Shown here in pieces: positions 9,079-20,431 of a stretch of DNA of 40,640 nucleotides. Source of the DNA: Trypethelium eluteriae (lineage: Eukaryota); assembly GCA_051942245.1 (NCBI GenBank), contig JAVECL010000169.1, positions 1-40,640 of the forward strand. Reading direction: 5' to 3'. Both the position numbers and the translations under genes were made by a program. The notes below the pieces were generated by a model, which saw nothing but the letters and a program-made list of their open reading frames with translations, ran no database searches and was not told where the DNA came from. Position 1 is the first letter of the stretch, and the number at the start of each line of letters is the position of its first letter.

Positions 9079-12000
9079 CTACGACCCACGGCCACCACGA
9101 CTGCCTCGCCCACCGCGGCCATAACCACCTCGACCACCACGTTTTCCAACACGACCACGACCGCCTTGTCCTTGCCCTCCTCGACCGCCTCGTTCACCGC
9201 GTTTGGTGAAGTCTTGCATAGCGTTGCGCACCTCCTGTCGAAAGTGCATTGAGTTCGGAACACCGCTGGGGGCCCCTTGGAGTTGAGTTTGTCTTCTCTG
9301 GAGTGCTACCCTTAGATCCTTCCCCCCTTTTGTGGTGGTCCTAAAGCCCTTCACCACAGTGTCTTTGAATGGATGGGAGTTGACGGACCCACTTTCAGGA
9401 AGCTAGTCCTGCTTTGAGATGATGTCGTCCGCATCATAAAGGGACTCAATGAAGAATCTCCAGGTGGAAAGACGGTCCCCGTAGACCAGTTCCGATCTCG
9501 GCTCTTCGAGGGCGTCGCACCAGCCACGGAAATTTCCAACGGCAATCATCAGGCGCTGTGCTCGCGATAGTTCCGTGTTCATCTGGTTCTTGAAAGAAGC
9601 GAACCCTAAGTCGAGAGGATTCGCCGGATTCCTCTTGACAAAGGAAAGGATCACGATCGGTTTTTCCTTACCCTGCCATTTGGCTGTGGTGTCCAATTTC
9701 AGGCCGAGCAGGTCAGTCAGGCTACGATCCTGCATCCATTCGCTTACAGCCTTCTTGTGGATTTTGCGACGCTGGCCAGTGTACGGCGTAACTATGCCAA
9801 TTTCGTCAACCTTGATCTTTGGCAGTCCTGCTGATGGCTGGAAAGCGAGAAGAGCTTTCACTAATTCTACCACGAAGTCTGCCTCGGCGTTGTTGCTGCT
9901 CGACTGTGTCTGCTCGTACGGCTCCGAATAAGCATCATCCGAGCTAATGTCGACAGCGACGCGATATCGGCCGTTCCAAGCAGCGCCCATCTGTTCCAAG
10001 AACTCTTTGATGGTCGTCTGCAAACCATCATTGTAGTGTGCAGAAGAATGCGTCTCGATTCCGTCGTAATAGAACGTCTTGGAAATCCAAGTAGCAATGT
10101 CCGGATGCATGCGGTACTGTACATCTAGCATGCGATGATGGTACTGGCCACCAGTCGCGGGGTCAAGCGTATACTCGAACAAAGACACCTTCTGCATATC
10201 CCAGGCCTCGTTGCGCTGCCTTGTCTGAACGACTGGAGGAAGCTGTTGATGGTCACCACCAAAGACGACCATTTCAAGTTGTTCGATGGACGCCGCAAGG
10301 GGTGTTGCTGTGTCTGGTATCGCTGATTGACCAGCCTCGTCCATGACGAGGAGCGCAGGCTTGAAATGATCCATCACTACTTCATGACAAGCAGTTGAGC
10401 ATGTAACAAACACAACCTTGACCTTCGTGTAGAATTTTTCCTCAGAGCATCGAGAGCAATCTTCCGGGATCGCCGCGCTTGATCCTTCTCCTCCTTGGTG
10501 CTTCCTCCACGCTTAAGTCTCTCCACCCGTTCTTTGGCATTTAGGAGACTGGAGACCATCATCTTCTCTTCTGTCTGGATTGGCTCATTTTGCCAGTCAC
10601 TGATCTGCTGGTTGAAGAGCCGATTGTCGGCATATTGTCCCCATTGGAGTTGTCCTGCGTTGGAAGATAGCATTTGCCAGAAACGATCCTGTAGGTCCTG
10701 TTCGTCGCCACCATCTTCTCCGTCGTCTTCTGTGTCAAGCTTTTCTGTTTCGGTGAGTTCTTCTTTGGCGATGGACTTTCCCGCGATGGTTGGCGCATCG
10801 GTGGTCATGCCTGTCGGACCATACGGGTTATGTTGGTCGATATTTATATCATTCGATCCATGGAGGGGTCTGAAATCTGTTTCGTCCAAGCCTTCGTCAA
10901 ACTCCTCATCTTCGGTGCCCTTGATCCTTCTAGCTCTCTCGATATCGCGCTCTAAGGTTTTTACACGATCGAGATCACTGAATGCGCTCCGGAAGCGAGA
11001 GACCTTGTACGGAATCGGTTGACCGCGTTTTGCGTAATGATGGTGCAATGTCGCAAGCATATTGTCCGTTGCTTCATTTGAAGGAGCACAGCAAATGACG
11101 GGTCGATTGGTCGACCTGACATAGGCATCTACTATACCCATGAGCGTCTGAGACTTGCCCGTACCCCCAGCGCCCTGATTGAAACAGACGCCTGTGTAAG
11201 AGGTAACGGCATCCATGGCGCATCGGTGCTGGGTAGGATTGAGCGACCAATTCTGCAGCTCTGCTTGATAGGCATCAATAAGCCCAGGGGACGCTATATG
11301 CCTCTTCAGGGTATCAGTTCGTGAGATCGTTGGAGGAGCCCTAAGCACGCGACGACGAATATCAATACCTCCCTTGCGCTCTTTCACGCCCAGCTCCAGC
11401 CTTTTAATCGCAGCGAAGCAGCGAGCCGTAGCAGTGGGGTCTCCCACCAAGTTGAACCCGATATTCGCATAGACATGATTGGGCTGGGGGTCAAAATCTT
11501 TGCCGTGACAGTCTACCATGACATCCCAGCCTCCTTGCTGTCCGTCGACACCGAGAGGATGTTCTGTGATCTTTCCACTGATCTTCCAGGTCCTCGCGTC
11601 GCCGCCATTTATGGTAATTCGGACCTTGGTATCTGCTTCAGGTAGGATCCTGGCCTTGTCGTCATTGAATCTTTCGAAACTGACGTATCCGATGAAGTGG
11701 TCCGGTTGCTCGGGGTCCTTCTGGAATCTAGCAGAGGCCGTTACGCCATGATCGGTATCAGACTGATTCAACAATTCTCGCAATGTGTGTTGTTGCTCCC
11801 GCTTTAAAGCCAATTTGAGGACTGCAGCGATGGTGCTGGCATTTGGATATTGGCGCAAGCTGCCGAATGAGTCCCATTTCTCCGGCGCCGGTCTCGACAC
11901 GCAGACCTGATCCTGAAAATCTGCGGTCCAGCTCGTGACAATCCATCTGGGTGGTTCGACCTCGTCCCATGGGAACTGTGGATCTGTATGGACATTGCCT

Positions 12001-13010
12001 TTCGTATCCTCAGTATTTCCGCCAGCAGCCAATGCGTAGTACCACATTGTACCAAAGGTTGCCGTTAGCTCAAAGCAGCAATTCATGTACTTTCGGAAGA
12101 TAATCGCATAATCTAGCTTTTCGTCCTTGCTAAATCCCCAGAAGACATATATACGCAGCTTATTGGCATTCAGGAGCTCGAAGACCAATTGCTCGAACCT
12201 CTCAAGGCCGCCATGGTTCGTGCCACGGGTTTGAATGGCTTCCAATTCCGATAATGTGATCCCGGAGAACTTGGGACGGAAGCCTTTTGCCTTCTTTGCG
12301 TCTTTTAATTCAAGACGGACTTCGCAGACTCTTCCGGATGCCATATGCTCTTGAAGGTCCGTATGTCTGGGTGGTAAATGCCATTGATGAAGTTGAGTAA
12401 TATGTGCGACCGGTAGAATTGGCCTGACTTTCCAGATATTTTCAGACGGATCGAAAAACATGTAGTCCTCCGGATACCGCAGTTCCATTGAGGGCCTCTT
12501 CCGCATGATGCCGTTCAGTGAGTAAGTATTGTTTCTCAGGCACCTTGGGGCGATATGACAAACTATATCCTTCGCATCATCCGCTCCCCGACTCATGTGG
12601 AGGTTCAACTCCGGATATTGGGAGTGCATGGCCCAAGAGAGTTTTACCATTCCGTCGTGCTTCCTCAAGCCACTACCAAAGCATTTTGGTTCATCCTGGC
12701 CACTCGCGTAGTCCGGGATGGCGATCATCGCGTAATTTTGCACATGCATCCTGTGGTGAGTACCTTTGCTATTTTCGCCTGTAGTAGTTACTGGGTAGTC
12801 TCTTCCGCGGTAGTCGCCATGGATTATGCCGTACTCGGGCATGTCGTATACCCCTCCAGTCTCCGTCAGTGCGTATTCACCAGCTCTAGCCCGAAAGCCT
12901 TCTATGTCGAAAGACTCTTGCTGGGGTACTCCTGCCATTAGAGTATCTTCCTGAGGAGGCGGTCCAGGCGGAAAAGGTTGTCTAGAAGAGGATTGATCGT
13001 CTTGAGACAT
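9079..13010 (-). pseudogene. Interrupted Upf1/Sen1/DNA2-NAM7-like superfamily-1 helicase (about 1310 codons if repaired) with C-terminal RGG tail; pseudogene, recoded gene or assembly error
   Basis: ORF 13010-10377 carries Q motif LNPTQ, Walker A QGAGGTGKS and motif Ia CCAPSNEATDN. The -1 frame (open 10512-9406) carries VVFVTCSTA, motif II LLVMDEAGQ, III GGDHQQLPP, IV QYRMHPDI, IVTPYTGQ, V WQGKE and VI NTELSRAQ. After TAG 9405-9403 the same frame continues to an RGG-rich tail ending at TAG 9079. No plausible intron was seen at either break. Confidence 0.8.
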
Positions 13011-14828
13011 AGAAACTAGATGAACTGCGACCGGCAGCCCTCTAGAAAATCAATTGAATCAATCTGGGGCCGAGAGACCGGAGTCTGTCAAGCTAGAGAG
13101 AGGGGGAGGGAAGGAGGAGGGGAAGGAAAGAGGGGCGAAAGGAGAGGAGAGCTTGCACGCTCCTGAGGGGCGCCAGAGAGGAAGAGAGAGAAGAACACGG
13201 GCAACTCGTACTATTTCTAGTAGCGAGATGTCAGTGGTGGTGGTTGAGGAAGAGAAGGAAAGGTTTCCGAGATGCAAAGCTGAGGAGCTTATACCAATCC
13301 ACCGTGCAGGAGTAGGGTTAAGTATTCACCAACGCCCTATTTCGGAATTGGTGGGACAAGGCACCCGTCAACCTTGTGTCCTCACGGCATGACACTGTGA
13401 GTCATGGCAGTAGGATTGAAGGATGTGTGTTACGAAAGTATTTATATTTGTGTCCGATGCGGGCGAGGAGACCCCCAGTGTCGATTCTGTCACCGCAGGC
13501 GCAGCACCCGCAATGACAGCTGTACTCTTTTGGGCACTAGGCGACGGCGATGTTGAGCATCGGTGTTGCTCTGAGTATGCTGACGAAGATCCCTCCAAGA
13601 TTGGATCCCCGGTCTTGGGCTGGCCGCTAATGTTGAGGAGCAGTTCTGCAATCTGGCAAGCTCGCCTGAGGTGCAAGATTTGGATGTACGAAATTTGAGG
13701 GCTTCGAGTACTCTGTCAATGTCCATGATAATAATGCGTAGTGTAGCGCGCTGAATGTACTGTGTGCGTGCTTGGATCTTGTCTAAAAGCGGTCTTGAAA
13801 GTTTTGTATACATCTTCGGCCTCGCCAAGAACGCTTCCTGCAACCATTCAAGCAGTCCAACATCAACAGAACATTTACCACGTCGGATCATGGGCCAAAC
13901 AAAATGCTTAGCTTGGCAAGGGACTTTGACATCGACCAGTCTTGCGCGGTTCGCCATTGTAGTACTTCACAGCATGTATCCCAGAAATTGGCGGTTTCAT
14001 CTAATGTGGTAGCAAGCCGTTGTAAGAGCATGGCTGATTGAATAGCCGCACACATAACGCTAACGGGGGACCCGCATCGACGTAACCATTTTTTCGTGTC
14101 GGTGGTATTTCAAACGACTGGTCTGGATCTCTGGCATCCAAGGAGCAGTGGATGGCGTGTGAACGGCCGCACTGCCTGGTAATAGCTCAGGTATGGTCTA
14201 GTGCACAACTGGTTAGCAGACCAGGGTCTCTGATCTCTTGAGTTGCAACAAATGTCATATCTTATGCTTCTGAAGCCTTGTCGAAGATGAAAAGCTGCCA
14301 GTATGCCATTAATTGCGAAAAGAGAAACACTCACATGGCTTCATGGTACTAGACATCAGGGAATAAAATGTCCTGGTGTATCGATCTCAGGAAACAAGTA
14401 GGAACAGCGCAAAGAGTTTCTTCAAGCTAATCATCCTTCACCTTTAAATTCTTTGCTTAGTACTCCCAAAGTCATCCCACTAGGGAGTCGCTAACACGAA
14501 ACGCTTGCGCAAACTCTTTGCAAGGTATTGTATGAGCACGTGTTGGACCCCACCGACCGTGGTAAGGTAATTATCCCCTATGATCATGGTTTATGAGACT
14601 GAGCTCGGGTTCCTGCATTCCGTCTTGATAAGTTTCCTCCCTGAACGCCAGCGCTGATCATACAGTCCTCTGTAAAGCATCATAGAAAGCAAAGCAAGTT
14701 TGGGCCCCAATCAAGCACAGCACCTCGAGGATAAGCTACGAAGGTCAAGCATCTCCTCTGAAGCGAATCCCAATCTTGTGAATTTCGCCAAAGTTCCAGC
14801 AAGCACCGCTCATGGCTCAAATGCTAGA

Positions 14829-16233
14829 TCAAGCTGTTCCCCTTGGCTTCGCCTTGGCCTCTTTCTTCTCCTTTGCTTCCTTTTTCTGCTTTGTCTTCCT
14901 TTCTTGAGTCTTCTGTTCATTTTTCCTCTTCAATCGCTCCTGCTCTTCCTTGGTCCTCTCTACAGGCTTGAAGAATCCTTCAAGGCGACTCTGCTGCGCA
15001 CTCTTCAAGTTCTTGCCAAGCCGTGCAGCACCGGCCCTCACACGATCCTCGGAAAATCCTTTCTCGGTGACCAAAAACTGAACGAGGCCTTCGGTATCCG
15101 GGGGATTCCACGCAATGGCTTCAATGGTCGGATCATCAGCTGGAAGAACATCTGGGGAGAGGAAGAGATCACGGGCATCGGCCCAAGGCCAGTCTTCGGG
15201 GAGATTGAATTTCTTCCCATTATTAAAGGAGGCGACCACGCTGTCCAAAGACCTGTGCTCTTTGATCAATCTATAGGCAGTAGCAGGGCCCATGCCCTTG
15301 ATAGGATCAACATAATCGCAGCCAAGGAGAATGCAGAGATCGATGAACTGTGAACTCCACGGTCAGCTCCAACTTGGAAACCCATTTGGGCCATGAAGCT
15401 TGTTTATGTTGAACTTACCTCGTTGTAGCTGAGCTGCAGGCCTTCAAGTACCTTGTCCAAAGATATCTCCTGGATAGGCTCCTTCTTTTGCTCACTGAAT
15501 GTCAAATGCCTCAGCAACACCGGCGCATTGAATGTCAGTGTATCCATATCCTCGCTGGCCGCAGCATACACCTTTCCAGCTCTTGCGAGTGCAGCGCACT
15601 GGGCCTCCGCCTCGGTTGGGGCAATGATGAATGGTACTCCCATCAACTTCAATAGCTTTTGGCACTCATGGTTATGCTCTCTTGTGACTCTTACCGTCCT
15701 CCGACTGAACTTCTCAACATCCTCAGCTGTTCCGGTTTCCTTGGCCTCTTCGTGCTGTTCCTGCGCTTCGGTTTTGCGTTGGAAACGTTTAGCAAGCTCG
15801 CCGGATTTAAGTTTCGGGGGGGCGCCATCAAAGACGTAGAGTGGTTTGATGCCATTATCGACGATGCGGAGGGTGCGGTAAAACATGCCCATGAGGTGGG
15901 AGGTTGTTTCACCCGTGTCGGACATAAGTTGTTGGCCATCAGAACGGACAGCAATGAGGAAGGAATAGATTGACATAGAGCTAAGAAGAGCAAATTAGAA
16001 GGTCAAGGAGTAGTGTTCAATTGCGAACTCACGCGTCCTGAAACATTTTAGAAGGATCCCCGAACGGATGTAAAAGTACTTACTATTGCGACTTTTCTTC
16101 CGAATTGGTTTTTGATATCACCTTCTTTGACTGCATCCGGACAATTGTCCTTGAGTACTTGGTAAAGCTCTGGGCTACATGAGATGATGTGTCTTGCAGG
16201 GTGCTCAATAGTTAACTCACGCTTGATACCCAT
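14829..16233 (-). CDS. FEN1: Flap endonuclease 1 (Rad27/FEN1)
   Basis: Exons 16233-16221, 16169-16084, 16037-16033, 15980-15419 and 15347-14829 give MGIKQL...[17 protein letters not shown]...[14 protein letters not shown]...EAEAQCA...ASEDMD...LGCDY, with the PCNA-binding PIP box QSRLEGFF and a basic C-terminal tail. Confidence 0.97.
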
Positions 16234-16386
16234 TTTGATGGGCACTTCTCTCTTTGATTGCCTGCAGACGTGCTTCGCAACAGGAAATGAAGAACGTAGG
16301 CTTGTTGAGGTATGATGCGCTTGTGGCCAAGAATTGAGTATGAAGTGTGGATATCAGAGTTGGGCAGTGACGTCGCCGTATGTAAA

Positions 16387-16415
16387 GCGCGTCTCACTTA
16401 ATTAAAGTAACGCGT
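16387..16415. promoter_or_regulatory. MCB-like (MluI) cell-cycle elements in the divergent FEN1 / glutaryl-CoA dehydrogenase promoter
   Basis: ACGCGT at 16410-16415 and GCGCGTC at 16387-16393 lie about 150-180 bp upstream of the FEN1 ATG. MBF regulation of DNA replication genes is established in ascomycetes. Confidence 0.5.
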
Positions 16416-16773
16416 CGCTTCGGTCCCTGGCAACGCCAAGCGATCTCTAGGAGGATATGAGATGAGGGGCATGCGAATCAACACTTTTCTTTCCGATCGT
16501 GCTTAAATGGGATGCTCTTTTCTGCTTCGTACAGCTGAATTTCATTCATCATTTCATCTTCTGGTCACTGAGTTCTGGGAAGCTATCCGTGGAAGGTCAA
16601 ATTGGAAAATAGCCTCGGCTTGTTTCCGCTGGAGAGATCAACGGGCTACCGAAGCCGATCAATGTTTTTCTCTCCCCAGACGTAGAGGCTTCCACTCTTC
16701 TGTTAACTTACATTGGTACGATTAGCTCATGTGCTCATTGTACTTTATCTAGATTCTGTACTATAATTTCAAG

Positions 16774-18219
16774 ATGTTCAAAAATTCAATAAGACAGATC
16801 AACCGACAGTCTTGTCACCTACATCGTCATGCACGTATAGGAAGACGCTATGCACACGCACCAGCGGCATTTGACTGGAAAGATCCCCTAGGATCCAATA
16901 ATCTCTTTACCGAAGAGGAATTGGCCATATCCGAAACTGCAGAAGCATATTGCCAAGAGCGCATGCTTCCAAGAGTCCTTGGTACGATTCAATTTTCTGT
17001 TGACATTAGCACAAAGCTGATATCGTAGCTCAATAGAGGCATATCGGAATGAAGAGTATGACAAGACGATTCTCGAAGAGATGGGCGAGCTTGGGCTTTT
17101 GGGAGCGACTATCAAAGGCTACGAATGTGCTGGTGTGAGCAGTGTTGCTTCGGGCCTTATAACACGAGCCGTTGAACGAGTAGACTCTGGGTATCGCTCA
17201 GGAATGTCTGTCCAAAGCTCATTGGTCATGGGGGGAATAGAAGAGTTTGGTTCTGAGGAACTTAAACAAAAATTTCTGCCTGGATTGGCTAAAGGCAAGA
17301 TATTAGGATGCTTTGGCCTGACGGAACCGAATCATGGCTCCGATCCCGGATCGATGGAGACTACAGCGAAGCCTCATCCGTCAAAGAAAGGGTACTATTC
17401 GATATCTGGAGCTAAGACGTGGATTACAAATTCCCCAATCGCAGACGTTATGCTCGTGTGGGCGAAGCTACAAGAGACGGGCAAGATAAGAGGTTTTGTC
17501 ATTGATCGCAGCCAGTGTCCACCCGGTGCAATCGAGACACCTCCCTTGAAGAACAAAAATGGGCTGAGGGCTTCTATTACCGGTATGATACAGCTGGACG
17601 AGTGTCCGGTACCACAAGAACACATGTTTCCAGACGTCGAAGGTCTCAAGGGTCCCTTTAGCTGCTTAAATTCCGCTCGCTTTGGTATAGCCTGGGGAAC
17701 TATGGGAGCTTTGGAGGACTGCATCGCCCGGGCACGAGAGTATGCGTTAGAACGTCGGCAGTTCAAGAACAACCCTATCGCAAAGTATCAACTGGTCCAG
17801 AAAAAGTTGTCAGATGCTACCACCGACGCTGCCTATGGTATTCTCGCCGCGGCACAGGTTGGCAGGCTAAAAGATGAAGGAAAGGCTGCGCCGGAGATGA
17901 TTTCAATGATCAAGAGACAGAACTGTGACAGGGCTCTGATCAACGCTCGCATGTAGGTGTTCTCAGTCACGACATTGGACTCTGCATACTGACATGTTTT
18001 CAGACTCCAGGAGATCTTTGGCGGTAACGCGGTCAGCGATGAGTACCACATCGGCAGACACGTTGCAAATCTCTTCGTAACTCAAACGTACTTCAGACTT
18101 TCCCATCTCCTCCCCCGAGAAAGGAAATCTGCTGACTAGCCAACAGATACGAGGGTCAGAGTGACATACACTCGCTGATACTTGGACGAGCAATCACCGG
18201 TATTCAAGCATTCGTCTAG
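16774..18219 (+). CDS. GCDH: Mitochondrial glutaryl-CoA dehydrogenase (acyl-CoA dehydrogenase family)
   Basis: Exons 16774-16981, 17037-17952, 18004-18087 and 18147-18219. Arg-rich presequence, then [51 protein letters not shown] and [19 protein letters not shown]. Confidence 0.95.
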
Positions 18220-18898
18220 CCGGATCGTGCTGTGAGGAGAGGTCAGGTACATGAAAGTAGACACTAGAAGGCACACCAGCGTTGATGCTTAAAACATGCA
18301 TGGCTCAGCGGCCGAGCTAGGTCTATGTCCAGAGCCAAGTGGAATCTTGGTTGCAGAGGTCTTTATCGATGAGCGGTGAGTTAGATAGAAAACTAATTCG
18401 TGACTTCTCCTGGTTTCTTCAGGCATGTAGTTGGTGAGGCAAAAAGGATGTAGATTTATAGATCGCTACCAAAAAAAGAAAAAAAAAATTTGCTTTGCTT
18501 AGGTATAACATGTGAGTAGGTCCTGCCGAATAATGAACAATGCACAAACCCTGTACTCCGTATCGGTGGCGCTTCTAGGTCAGCCCTCTGCGTGTCTCTC
18601 TCCGAAACTTCCACTTACTTCCTTTCTCTCTCTCCACATTCACCAAGAAATTCAAACCGGCGAACACCTCGCTCTCATACATCTTCATACAAGGCACACA
18701 AACTTCTGCTCAAGCTGTGAGGGTTCCCACTTTCAAAAGCCCGACGCCGGCCTCCCCGCAACGTCACCTGTTTGACTAACTTATCACCACAGCCACACCA
18801 GCCAAGTTTCTTCGCTCAAACCACGATAACCACATTGTCCACAAGCGAACCGGGCATCTCTTCACGAATAATCCTCCACTCCATATCGCTACATCGAA

Positions 18899-19780
<882 letters not shown>

Positions 19781-20431
19781 CATGGTCTTCGAGAAGCAGA
19801 TGAGAGAATAGTGTGGTGAGGGAAGGGAAAGGGAAAGTGAACAACTTGCGGCTACTTCGTGATGGGGCTCTCTCTGTGTTGGGTGTTTACGGCCTTGCGA
19901 CGGAATCAGGCATCATGCATGCAGCGGGAGGTATCGCGGTTGGTGATGAGTTGCTTTGAGTGATGTCATTGCTTTTCGATCCTTTTCCATAGTGCATCTC
20001 CGGATCTCTACATACAGGAGGAGCGTTGGGGGGCGAAACAATGAGGTTATACCATCTCTTACAATCCGACGTGCTCTATGCCAAAGCCCGACCTGCCCTA
20101 CAATATAGTATCTATTGACATACGGTAGAGAAGTGCTAGTGATCAGTAGTCATGACCCAAGACTTGCATCTAATCTCCCACATCGCCTGACTGCCTGCCA
20201 AGTCTGCCAGAAAAAGTGAAGAGTGTAATGTAGGTAGGATTTGTGACGGCCTTGTACTCCGTTCCGCGGTCTGACATCGCTCTTCCGGCCTGCACCTGCC
20301 AATCCCGCCACATTTCCGCGCTGGACCCTTTTTACAGCTAGCTGGTCATCAATCGACGTCTCACATCTCGACCTTTCAGTCGTTCTCCCTGCATCTGCGC
20401 CACCTTCCATTATTTGAGCCGACAATCATCC

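Noticed and set aside
9079..13010. Helicase as a Helitron or viral replicase
   Set aside because: Motifs are Upf1-like (DEAGQ, GDHQQLPP, QYRMHP) rather than Pif1-like. I saw no HUH Rep, RdRP or element termini.
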